The position numbers and the translations under genes are program-made. 48,438 bases of DNA. Origin: Stellaceae bacterium. Lineage in GTDB: Bacteria; Pseudomonadota; Alphaproteobacteria; ATCC43930; CGMCC-115725. This document shows, piece after piece, positions 1-8,023 of this stretch (its first letter is position 1; the number at the start of each line of letters is the position of its first letter). The notes under the pieces are model-generated. The model did not search any database, had not been told where the DNA came from, and saw only the letters and a program-made list of their open reading frames with translations. Location of the stretch: NCBI GenBank assembly GCA_050730055.1, contig JBOHMF010000001.1:1-48438 (forward strand), written 5' to 3'.

Positions 1-147
1 GTGGCAAGCTATCCCGGCAAGCTGAAGCTGATCCTCTCGGGCTTTGCCGAAGCGGCGCTTGCCGCGCACGCGATCTACCCTCTTGTCCACCCGGGCGAGG
101 CCCTGCATTTCGAATACTCGACGACAAAGGGCGTGCCGGTGTGGTGA
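1..147 (+). CDS. ferredoxin-NADP(+) reductase (thioredoxin-reductase-like type), C-terminal fragment; 5' end lies outside the window
   Basis: Frame +1 is open from base 1 to TGA at 145-147. The tail [38 protein letters not shown] resembles C-termini of TrxR-type FNRs. Confidence 0.55.
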   Translation: MASYPGKLKLILSGFAEAALAAHAIYPLVHPGEALHFEYSTTKGVPVW

Positions 148-216
148 GGCATTTGCGAAAAATCGTATACTGGCGCGCCGCCGCTGAGGGTTGGCGCGCG
201 GAAAGAGGGAACTGCC

Positions 217-1539
217 ATGATCCGGGACGCCCAGGGACATCACCTCTCCGGCGCGACGGAGGCCGCCGCCGTCGCATACGATCAGGCGGTGCGGGCGTTC
301 AACCTTGTCCACGGCAACGCCGCGGCGTTGGTTGACACGGCGCGTGGCGAGGCGCCCGGTTTTGCGATGGCGCATCTGGCCAAAGCCTGGATGTTCGCCG
401 TGGCTAATGATCCGGGGCTGATGAAAGAGGCTGCGGCGCTCATTGAAACCGCACGGCCGCTGGCGTTGAACGAGCGCGAGAAGGCCCATCTCGCCGCCTT
501 GTCGCATTTTACTCGGGGCGCCCGCGCCGCCGCCGTCGCGGTGCTGGACCGCCATCTGATGCGCTATCCCTTTGATCTCGTCGCCCACCAGGGCGCGGTG
601 CTGGGCGACGGATTTCTTGGCCGCTTCTCCTTTATCCGGGACCGTTCGGCGCGGGCCCTGCCGCTGTGGGCAAAGGACCAGCCGGGTTACGGGTCGCTTC
701 TGGCATTTCACGCCTTTGGCGCGGAGGAAGCCGGCGATTACACCCGCGCCGAGGAGGAATCGCGCGCAGCCGCCGAACTTGAACCGTTGAGCTTCTGGTC
801 GCATCACACCGTCGCGCATGTCATGGAGATGACCGGACGGCCGGAAGACGGGCTCGGCTGGATGGCGGCGCGCGAAAGCCTGTGGTCGGGTCCCGGCCAT
901 CTCAACCAGGTCCATATCTGGTGGCACAAGGCGCTGTTTCACCTCGAACTCGGGCAGTACGAGGCCGCGCTCGCGCTCTATGACGGCCCGATCCGCGCCA
1001 CCGGGCGCCCGCTCGCTCTCAGCCTGACCAACGCCTCGGCGCTGTTGTGGCGGCTCGATACGCTCGGCATCGCTATCGGCGACCGCTGGCAGGAGCTGGC
1101 GGCGTTGTGGGAGGGGCACGCCGACGGGAAATGCCTTGTCTTTGCCGACATTCACGCGGCGATGGCCGAGTTGCGCGCGGGTCGGGATGCGCGTGTCGAA
1201 CGGCGGCTCGCGGCGATGCACGAGACCGCGGCCGGCGATGCTGAAGCGGCCGACCTCTATCGCACGGTCGGCATCCCGCTGGTCGAGGGTTTGCGAGCAT
1301 TTCACCGCGGCGCCTATGACGAGGCGATCGAGGCGCTGCTGCCCCTGCGCATCGATCTCTGGCAGATCGGCGGCAGCCACGCGCAGCGCGATGTCGTCGC
1401 CTGGACCCTGGCCGAGGCGGCGGGCCGCGCCGGCCGGCACGAGATCGCCTTGGCGCTGGCCCACGAGCGCCTGGGGGTGCGCCCGCGCAGCGCCCCGAAC
1501 CGGCGCTTTCTGCGCCAGGCCGAAGCGATCGCAAACTGA
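217..1539 (+). CDS. TPR protein, TTC38-family-like
   Basis: 440-aa ORF with ATG at 217 preceded by GAAAGAGGGA. It is helical-repeat rich. The segment EREKAHLAAL..LDRHLMRYPFDLVAHQG is typical of bacterial TTC38-like proteins. Confidence 0.55.
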   Translation: MIRDAQGHHLSGATEAAAVAYDQAVRAFNLVHGNAAALVDTARGEAPGFAMAHLAKAWMFAVANDPGLMKEAAALIETARPLALNEREKAHLAALSHFTRGARAAAVAVLDRHLMRYPFDLVAHQGAVLGDGFLGRFSFIRDRSARALPLWAKDQPGYGSLLAFHAFGAEEAGDYTRAEEESRAAAELEPLSFWSHHTVAHVMEMTGRPEDGLGWMAARESLWSGPGHLNQVHIWWHKALFHLELGQYEAALALYDGPIRATGRPLALSLTNASALLWRLDTLGIAIGDRWQELAALWEGHADGKCLVFADIHAAMAELRAGRDARVERRLAAMHETAAGDAEAADLYRTVGIPLVEGLRAFHRGAYDEAIEALLPLRIDLWQIGGSHAQRDVVAWTLAEAAGRAGRHEIALALAHERLGVRPRSAPNRRFLRQAEAIAN

Positions 1540-1560
1540 GCGCGGGACTCGCCCGCGGCC

Positions 1561-2670
1561 TCACAGGTCCGCCGGCGCGCGCTGGGCGGGTTCGGCCGCT
1601 GCCGGGACGGCGGCGAGGCGCCGGCCGCTTTCGGCGTCGAACACGTGCACGGCGGCGGCCGGCAATGCGACCGCAAAGGTCTCGCGCGACGGAGCAGCCC
1701 CGGCGATCTTGACCACCAGCGGGGTCGCGTCGGCGAGGCGGCCGTGCAGCAGGGTTTCGGAGCCGAGCGGCTCGATCAGATCGACGGCGAGCGGCATCCC
1801 GCCGGGATCGAGCAGAATGTGCTCGGGTCGGATGCCGATTGTCAGCGGCGCGCCGTCCGCCCCCGCGCGCGACCCATCGGCAAAGTGGAGCAGCGGCCCC
1901 GCCGCGAGCGCTGCGGCGTGCCCGCGCTCAGCGAGGCGGGCCGGCAGAAAATTCATCGCCGGCGCCCCGATAAACCCGGCAACATAGGTATCGGCGGGTT
2001 CGCAGAACACCTCCATCGGCGTCGCCACCTGCGCCGGCCGGCCCTCGCGCATGACCGCCAGGCGGTCGCCGAGCGTCATCGCCTCGACCTGGTCGTGGGT
2101 GACGTAAAGCGTGGTGACGCCGAGGCGGCGTTGCAGGCGGCGGATCTCGGCGCGCATCTGCACCCGCAATTTGGCGTCGAGATTGGACAAAGGCTCATCA
2201 AAGAGAAACAGCTTGGGTTCGCGCACGATGGCCCGTCCCATCGCGACGCGCTGGCGCTGCCCGCCGGAGAGCGCGCGCGGCTTGCGTCCCAACAGGTCTG
2301 CGAGACCGAGCAGCGCCGCCGTCTCGGCGACGCGGCGCGCGATCTCGGCGCGCGGCAGGCGGCGGATGCGCAGCCCGTAGGCCATGTTGTCAAAGACGCT
2401 CATGTGCGGGTAGAGCGCATAGTTCTGAAACACCATCGCGATGTCGCGCTCGGCCGGATCGCGCCGGGTGATGTCGCGCCCACCGAGAATGACCTTGCCG
2501 CGGCTCGGCTCTTCAAGCCCGGCGATGAGGCGCAGGAGGGTGGACTTGCCGCAGCCCGAGGCGCCGACAACCGCCAGCATCTCGCCGTCGGCCACCGTCA
2601 GATCGACCTCGCGCAGCGCCGCGACCGCCCCGAAATTCTTGGCGAGACCGCAGAGCTCGAGGGTGGCCAT
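1561..2670 (-). CDS. ugpC: sn-glycerol-3-phosphate ABC transporter ATP-binding protein
   Basis: Walker A GASGCGKST, signature LSGGQRQRVAMGRA, Walker B LFLFDEPLSNLD, and a MalK/UgpC-type C-terminal domain. Start taken at MATLELCGL (ATG 2670), which overlaps the ugpE stop by 1 nt (TAATG). The ORF-track N-terminal extension is rejected. Confidence 0.85.
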   Translation of the reverse strand: MATLELCGLAKNFGAVAALREVDLTVADGEMLAVVGASGCGKSTLLRLIAGLEEPSRGKVILGGRDITRRDPAERDIAMVFQNYALYPHMSVFDNMAYGLRIRRLPRAEIARRVAETAALLGLADLLGRKPRALSGGQRQRVAMGRAIVREPKLFLFDEPLSNLDAKLRVQMRAEIRRLQRRLGVTTLYVTHDQVEAMTLGDRLAVMREGRPAQVATPMEVFCEPADTYVAGFIGAPAMNFLPARLAERGHAAALAAGPLLHFADGSRAGADGAPLTIGIRPEHILLDPGGMPLAVDLIEPLGSETLLHGRLADATPLVVKIAGAAPSRETFAVALPAAAVHVFDAESGRRLAAVPAAAEPAQRAPADL

Positions 2671-3509
2671 TACTTCTCGACCTCGGTCAACCCCTTGACA
2701 AACCAGCGCTGCATCGCGACGACAATAACGACCGGGGGCAGGATCGCGAGGACCGCCATCGCCATCATCGTGTTCCACGGGGTCAAGGTGAAGCCGGTAT
2801 CAATCAATTGCACGATGCCGATGACGATGGTGTCGAGCCTGGGGTCGGTGGCGACGAGAAGCGGCCACAGATACTGGTTCCAGCCATAGATGAACAGGAT
2901 GACAAAGAGAGCGGCGATATTGGCCGCCGAGACCGGGATCAGGATGTCGATGAAGAAACGGACCGGCCCGGCTCCGTCCATCCGCGCCGCCTCGATCAAT
3001 TCGTCCGGGACGGCGAGAAACACCTGCCGGAAGAGCAGCGTCGCGGTCGCCGAGGCGAGCAGCGGCACAGTCAAACCAACAAAGCTGTTGATCATGTGAA
3101 AATCCGCCATCACCGCGTAGGTCGGGATGATCCGCACCTCGACCGGCAGCATCAGGGTGATAAAGATCGTCCAGAACGCGACCATGCGGAACGGAAAGCG
3201 GAAAAACGCAATGGCGTAGGCCGACAGCAGTGAGATGACGATCTTGCCGACGGCGATGACCAGCGCCATGCCGGCGGAGATCATCAGCATGCGCCAAGCC
3301 GGCACCGGCAGATTGTCCGCGGCGCTGCTCTGCAGCACCGACCAGAAGATGCCGAGGTGCGACAGGTTCGGGATCAGTGAAAGATCGCCGCGGTTGATCG
3401 CGCCGGCATCCTGCGTCGCGCCGGCAAAGATCAGCCAGACCGGCAGCGCGAAAAACACGACGCCCAGTCCGAGCACGAGATGGGCGAGCCAGTCAGGGCG
3501 CCCTCGCAT
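2670..3509 (-). CDS. ugpE: sn-glycerol-3-phosphate ABC transporter permease
   Basis: Multi-TM MalG/UgpE-like permease with an EAA-type loop (IEAARMDGAGPVRFF). ATG at 3509 overlaps the ugpA stop (TGATG). Confidence 0.85.
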   Translation of the reverse strand: MRGRPDWLAHLVLGLGVVFFALPVWLIFAGATQDAGAINRGDLSLIPNLSHLGIFWSVLQSSAADNLPVPAWRMLMISAGMALVIAVGKIVISLLSAYAIAFFRFPFRMVAFWTIFITLMLPVEVRIIPTYAVMADFHMINSFVGLTVPLLASATATLLFRQVFLAVPDELIEAARMDGAGPVRFFIDILIPVSAANIAALFVILFIYGWNQYLWPLLVATDPRLDTIVIGIVQLIDTGFTLTPWNTMMAMAVLAILPPVVIVVAMQRWFVKGLTEVEK

Positions 3510-4390
3510 CACGAGAGGGTCCGCCGCCCGAGAAAGCGGAACTGCACCGCGGCGAGCGCGATCACCACCAGCATCAGGATGACCGACTGCGCCGAGGAGC
3601 CGGACAGGTCGAGGTTGATGACTCCGTCGCGGTAGACCTTGACCACCAGGGTCTCGGTCGCCTGACCCGGCCCGCCGCGGGTCAGCGCCATGATCGCGCC
3701 AAAGGTCTCAAAGGCGGCATAGACCAGATTGACGATCAGCAGAAAAAAGGTGGTGGGCATGAGGAGCGGCAAGGTGATCGTGCGCAAACGGCGGAAGCCT
3801 CTGGCTCCGTCCATCCGCGCCGCCTCGATCACGGCGCGCGGGATCGATTGCAGACCCGCGAGATAGAACACAAAATTGTAGCTCACCTGGGTCCACGCGC
3901 TGGCGACGATGACAAGACCCATCGCCTGCGCGCCGTTCAAGGTGTAATCCCAATGGAGACCCGCGCGGTTGAGAAGCCGGCCGATGAGGCCGACCTCGGG
4001 ATGCATGACAAACACCCAGAGCACGGCCGCGACCGCCGGGGCGACCGCGTAGGGCCAGATCAAGAGCGTGCGATAAATCGCGCGGCCGCGGATCTCATGA
4101 TCGGCAAATACCGCGAAGAGGAGACCGAGGGCCATCGCCAGCGCCGTGACCAGGGCGCAAAAGACGGCCGTGCGCAAGAGCGCGCCCAAATACCCGCCAT
4201 CGGCAAACAGGGCGGCAAAGTTCGCCCAGCCGACAAAGCGGGTGTGCAGACCAAAGGCGTCGGTCGCAATCAGGCTCGAATAGATTGCCTCGGCCGCCGG
4301 CAGCAGAAAAAATACGGCCGTCACCGCGATCTGCGGCAGCACCAGCGCCGCCGGCAGCAGCCAGCCGCCAAAGATCGTCCGGCGTTCCAT
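3509..4390 (-). CDS. ugpA: sn-glycerol-3-phosphate ABC transporter permease
   Basis: 293-aa multi-TM protein. The N-terminus WLLPAALVLPQIAVTAVFFLLPAAEAIYSSL parallels E. coli UgpA. EAA loop IEAARMDGARGFRRL. Confidence 0.85.
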   Translation of the reverse strand: MERRTIFGGWLLPAALVLPQIAVTAVFFLLPAAEAIYSSLIATDAFGLHTRFVGWANFAALFADGGYLGALLRTAVFCALVTALAMALGLLFAVFADHEIRGRAIYRTLLIWPYAVAPAVAAVLWVFVMHPEVGLIGRLLNRAGLHWDYTLNGAQAMGLVIVASAWTQVSYNFVFYLAGLQSIPRAVIEAARMDGARGFRRLRTITLPLLMPTTFFLLIVNLVYAAFETFGAIMALTRGGPGQATETLVVKVYRDGVINLDLSGSSAQSVILMLVVIALAAVQFRFLGRRTLS

Positions 4391-4427
4391 GCTACGTTCG
4401 CCCGCTAGACTCCCGGCTGGATCGAAT

Positions 4428-4519
4428 CCCCCTCACCCGGCTTCGGGTAAGGCTCGGCTACGCCTCGCCGACCCTCCGCAACCCTCTCCCCCACTGGGGG
4501 AGAGGGCAGGGTGAGGGGG
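4428..4519. repeat. REP-like nested palindromic intergenic element
   Basis: Outer perfect 11-bp inverted repeat CCCCCTCACCC (4428-4438) / GGGTGAGGGGG (4509-4519). It encloses an inner hairpin CTCTCCCCC-ACT-GGGGGAGAG (4484-4504). The motif class is common as dispersed repeats in alphaproteobacterial intergenic DNA. Confidence 0.5.
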
Positions 4520-4553
4520 TGATTGCAATCCGGCCCGAGACATGGAGGCCGCC

Positions 4554-5888
4554 TTACCCGCCCATTGCGCGCTGGAAATTGCGCAAGACCGAGTTGCCGC
4601 GGGCGACCGCATGGGTCAGGGCCGTTTTGGCGTCCTGCTGGCCGCCCAACGCCTTCTCCCACTCCTCCTCGATGATGACGCGGATCTCGGGCATTCCGCC
4701 GAGCCTTATGCCGCGGGAATTCTCCGTCACCGGCAACCGCTGCAATTGCAGGATGGGCAGTTCCGTGCCCGGGTTTTTTGTAAAATATCCCTGCTGCCGC
4801 AGCAGATCCGCGCCGGCAAAGGTGACCGGCACATAGCCGGTGGCCGCGGCCCAGGCGGCGTCCTGCGCGGGTGCGCCGAGAAAGGCGAGAAACGCGGCGA
4901 GCGTCTTGTACTCCTCCGGCGTGCGCCGGGGCGCAGTCATCGCCCACAGACTGGCGCCGCCGATGATCGAGTTGATCGGCTTCTGGATGACCTTCGGGTC
5001 GTAGGGGAGATAGGCGTCGGCAAAGCGGAACTTGGCGGTCTTGACGAGCGCCCCGCGCGCCGCCGACGAGTTGAAGGTGATCGCCGCCTGCCCCGAATAG
5101 AACACCGGGTCGGGGAGATTGTCGCGCCCGGCGTATTTGAAGGTGCCGGCCTTGGCCATGTCGAGGAGGCGCTGCAGATTGGCGACAAAGGCCGGGGAAT
5201 CGATCAAGAGCTTGGCGTCCAGACCCTTGAACCCGTCCGCCTCGCTCGCATAAGGCACGTTGTGGATCGCGGCAAACTGCTCGAAATGGACCCAGGTTGG
5301 CCAGGAGGTGGTGACGGCATATTTGGTCACGTTCTTTTTTTTCAGCACCTCGGCCGCATTGACCACCTCGGGCCAGGTCGCTGGCGGTTTTGCCGGATCG
5401 AGACCGGCCTTTTCAAAGGCGTCCTGGTTGTACCACATCACCGCTGTCGAGGAGTTGAACGGCATCGAGGCCATCCGCCCATCGGCCAGGCTGTAATAGC
5501 CGCGCACCGAGGCGATGTAGCTTTTGGGTCTGATCGGCGCCCCGGTTTCCTGGACAAGCTGCCACAGGTCCTTGACCGCCTTGCCGGCGGCGACCATAGA
5601 GCCGGTGCCGACATCAAATACCTGCACGAGGTGCGGGGCCTGCCCGGCGCGCCAGGCGGCAATCGCGGCGGTCAAGGTTTCCGGGTAGCCGCCCTTGAAG
5701 ACGGCCACCACTTCGACCGCCTTCTGCTCCTTGTTGAAGCGGGCGACCAGCGTGTTCAAGACATCGCCGAGCGCGCCGTTCATCGCGTGCCAGAACAGGA
5801 TCTTGGTCGGTGCGCCAGCGGGCGCGGCAAAAGCCGGCCGGGCCATCAGAGCGGCCGCGGTCCCGGTCAGAAATGTGCGGCGTTTCAT
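4554..5888 (-). CDS. ugpB: sn-glycerol-3-phosphate ABC transporter substrate-binding protein
   Basis: Start at MKRRTFLTGTAAALMARPAFAAP (Tat/Sec-like signal; ATG 5888; GGGGGAAG upstream). The mature part KILFWHAMNGALG..FKGGYPETLTAAIAAWRAGQAPHLVQVFDVGT aligns with E. coli UgpB. Confidence 0.85.
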   Translation of the reverse strand: MKRRTFLTGTAAALMARPAFAAPAGAPTKILFWHAMNGALGDVLNTLVARFNKEQKAVEVVAVFKGGYPETLTAAIAAWRAGQAPHLVQVFDVGTGSMVAAGKAVKDLWQLVQETGAPIRPKSYIASVRGYYSLADGRMASMPFNSSTAVMWYNQDAFEKAGLDPAKPPATWPEVVNAAEVLKKKNVTKYAVTTSWPTWVHFEQFAAIHNVPYASEADGFKGLDAKLLIDSPAFVANLQRLLDMAKAGTFKYAGRDNLPDPVFYSGQAAITFNSSAARGALVKTAKFRFADAYLPYDPKVIQKPINSIIGGASLWAMTAPRRTPEEYKTLAAFLAFLGAPAQDAAWAAATGYVPVTFAGADLLRQQGYFTKNPGTELPILQLQRLPVTENSRGIRLGGMPEIRVIIEEEWEKALGGQQDAKTALTHAVARGNSVLRNFQRAMGG

Positions 5889-5949
5889 CGATGTCTTCCC
5901 CCGTATCGAGACCGTTTCCGGCAGAGCTTTGCGGCATTGTGGTAGAATA

Positions 5950-5978
5950 ATTGTATCATGGCGGCTCGGCGGTGTCTT
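5950..5978 (-). promoter_or_regulatory. candidate sigma70-type promoter for ugpBAEC
   Basis: The minus strand reads AAGACA-N17-TACAAT (-35 at 5973-5978, -10 at 5950-5955), about 60 nt upstream of the ugpB ATG. This is a pattern match only. Confidence 0.25.
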
Positions 5979-6077
5979 GGTACCCTCCTGATAGAGCGCC
6001 GGATTCTTTGGAGTACGAGCAAAAGGGTTCGACAAAGCTCCGAAACGCTCTGGGCCTTCATACGTGATTGCGGACCT

Positions 6078-7181
6078 TTACGAGAAACGCAATATCATCG
6101 ACGGGGACGGAAAGGTCCCGCGCTTTCGACCTTCTGGTGCCTCGATCACCTGAAGCGCCGGAGGAGTCGAGCATTCAAGTCTCTTCAACACACCCTTGTA
6201 ATGCGTCTCTCTGAAGGGTGTTTCGATGAGCACAAATTCCTCGATTTCGGACACAGGAACATTCCTTGCGTGGAAACGCCCCCGAAGTTGCTTTGCGAGA
6301 AGGTCACGTCGAGGCTCCTTACTAAACAAAATAAGTTGATTGGGGTCAGTAGCATCCGAAAATGTAAACTCGCCACTTTCATCAACTCTCCACATTGCTT
6401 CCTTCATTTTCTTAAGCCCTAGTAAACTATTTGAAGCATAAAATAGATAATAATCTGTAAGATTTGACTCATTCTGCATTCTGAAGGAGCGAACGTATCT
6501 GGCGCCGGCAACTTTCCTAAGTTGATGAAGATAAAGATCATGTAAGGAGCGGTCCCGGTTGCTCGGTAGCGACAGCCGAATACCTCGTCTCCACTCTGGT
6601 GTTCCAAAAAATTCATCGAAATTTGCAGGCTGATCCGGATGGCCGAGAAAACGGTTGATTTCCTCGTACATGAAGGTCACAAAGGTCTCACAATTAGGCT
6701 GACCAAGAATGAATTGGACAACATCGAAGGGAGCGCCTGTCCAGCCGAATGGATCAATGAAGGCAAATGTCGGTGGAAATTTGCGTGCTCTTCTTAAATA
6801 AGATTGCTTTAATCCCTCGAATGCATCTGAGAATTTTTTATTTCCTGCAATCTCAATTTGGAAATTAGGAGGCATAGGTAATTCATCTAGACACTTTCGA
6901 AGCATCGCGGCTCGGTTTTGTTCTTTTTCTACAAATAGGAAGAGAATGTTGCCCTTGATTCTCGCCTTGTGTTCCAAGGCAGACTTGACCGCGATAATTG
7001 GCGAGCCGTCTTCCCCGCCGGCATAGCGCCCCGGTCCTGCGAAACCGTCGATGTAGAGGATATTCGGGAAACCAGCCTGTGCCAGAATGGGCATCCATGC
7101 CCGCAGGTAACGCCGGAGTATATCATGCTTGGCGCGCGTATGCGGCTCCAGCTCCCAAACGGTCGTTCTTGGTGCTGCCAT
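6078..7181 (-). CDS. tcmP: three-Cys-motif partner protein TcmP-like (TIGR04474-like)
   Basis: The N-terminus WELEPHTRAKHDILRRYLRAWMPIL...ILYIDGFAGPGRY matches the remembered TcmP pattern (HT..K..L..YL ... YIDxFAGxG). The gene sits immediately downstream of a DUF5131 gene, as is usual for this family. Start taken at ATG 7181 (GAGG 7 nt upstream); the longer ORF to 7337 is rejected. Confidence 0.7.
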   Translation of the reverse strand: MAAPRTTVWELEPHTRAKHDILRRYLRAWMPILAQAGFPNILYIDGFAGPGRYAGGEDGSPIIAVKSALEHKARIKGNILFLFVEKEQNRAAMLRKCLDELPMPPNFQIEIAGNKKFSDAFEGLKQSYLRRARKFPPTFAFIDPFGWTGAPFDVVQFILGQPNCETFVTFMYEEINRFLGHPDQPANFDEFFGTPEWRRGIRLSLPSNRDRSLHDLYLHQLRKVAGARYVRSFRMQNESNLTDYYLFYASNSLLGLKKMKEAMWRVDESGEFTFSDATDPNQLILFSKEPRRDLLAKQLRGRFHARNVPVSEIEEFVLIETPFRETHYKGVLKRLECSTPPALQVIEAPEGRKRGTFPSPSMILRFS

Positions 7182-7935
7182 GTGCAAGCCTCGCCGTGTT
7201 TTCTGCGAGCTTATCCACACTCGGCCATTGGTTCCACTCTCTACCGTCAAGAGTGCGGCCTCCGGACTTCGCACGCAAGCCGCCCCATTGTTTGAAGAAA
7301 AACGGCACTCCCGCCGCGAGGCATCTATCGCGGACATCGCGAACCCAACGTACCTCGACCGGCCGTGCTCGCGGGCCGGATTCCCCGCCGACGATTACCC
7401 AGTCGATGCCATCGAGCGGCAATTCTGCTATTTGCCCGATAAGCGGCTCGATAGAGAGGAATCGGACCCGTGCGGGCGTTTGCTGCAAATGGCGAATTCG
7501 AGATATCTTGCTCCCATCCTCCACACTCGTGCCAAGCCATAAGTGACAAGGCGCTCCCATCGAGCCATAGCGCCCACGGATGTAGTCCCGCAAACGGGAA
7601 CTACGCTTTGTGAGGACCTGAAATATGTGCCATGTCGCGTGCTCCATCTTGTCGAACACCTGATCAACGAACCCCTCTGGTATCTCTTTATGGAAAAGAT
7701 CGCTCATAGAATTGACAAAAATTTTGCGTGAACGCTTCCAGCGAAGCGGCTGGTCAAGACGCTCAGGCCGCAAGGTTAGGTTAAATCCGCTACTGAAAGG
7801 ATGATCTGGCACTCCTCGGAAGCGCTCTGAAAAGCGCTCGGCGTAGCAGTTGTCGCATCCCGCACTGATCTTGGTACATCCGGTGACAGGGTTCCATGTG
7901 GCGTCCGTCCACTCGATTTCTGTACTATCTGCCAT
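7123..7935 (-). CDS. phage Gp37/Gp68-family protein (DUF5131, PF07505-like), three-Cys motif
   Basis: MADSTEIEWTDATWNPVTGCTKISAGCDNCYAERF (C-x6-C-x2-C at 7846-7878) and C-terminal FFFKQWGG are hallmark DUF5131 features. ATG 7935 is preceded by GGAGGG. Confidence 0.75.
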   Translation of the reverse strand: MADSTEIEWTDATWNPVTGCTKISAGCDNCYAERFSERFRGVPDHPFSSGFNLTLRPERLDQPLRWKRSRKIFVNSMSDLFHKEIPEGFVDQVFDKMEHATWHIFQVLTKRSSRLRDYIRGRYGSMGAPCHLWLGTSVEDGSKISRIRHLQQTPARVRFLSIEPLIGQIAELPLDGIDWVIVGGESGPRARPVEVRWVRDVRDRCLAAGVPFFFKQWGGLRAKSGGRTLDGREWNQWPSVDKLAENTARLAHGSTKNDRLGAGAAYARQA

Positions 7936-8006
7936 CTCCAGCCCTCCAAAGCGCGGTGGCCCGTTCAACTTAATCGTTTGCAAACCCTTATCCCAGTCAT
8001 GGGTAT

Positions 8007-8023
8007 TACCATATCATATGCTA
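8007..8023. promoter_or_regulatory. imperfect 17-bp palindrome in the DUF5131 / glpD intergenic region
   Basis: TACCATAT-C-ATATGCTA, with 7 of 8 arm positions complementary. It lies between the divergent starts at 7935 (-) and 8073 (+). Confidence 0.2.

Noticed and set aside
1561-2778. N-terminal extensions offered by the ORF track for ugpC, ugpB (to 6035), tcmP (to 7337), the DUF5131 gene (to 7983), RidA, amidase, SDR, coxM-like, amidohydrolase, cupins and others.
   Set aside because: The extensions are non-conserved junk. They lack SD sequences, while internal ATG/GTG codons have good SDs, operon-style stop/start overlaps and family-typical N-termini.
5889-6077. Pho box upstream of ugpB (ugp is Pho-regulated in E. 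coli).
   Set aside because: I found no convincing tandem CTGTCAT-type repeats on either strand. Only a generic -35/-10-like pattern is reported, at low confidence.
5958-6422. 154-aa plus-strand ORF, and other short ORFs (6185-6385, 6419-6616, 6883-7126), as extra islet genes such as a toxin/antitoxin or small regulator.
   Set aside because: All lie inside or antisense to the tcmP reading frame, have no SD or motif support, and are the sort of ORF that AT-rich DNA produces only occasionally by chance. No independent evidence supports them.
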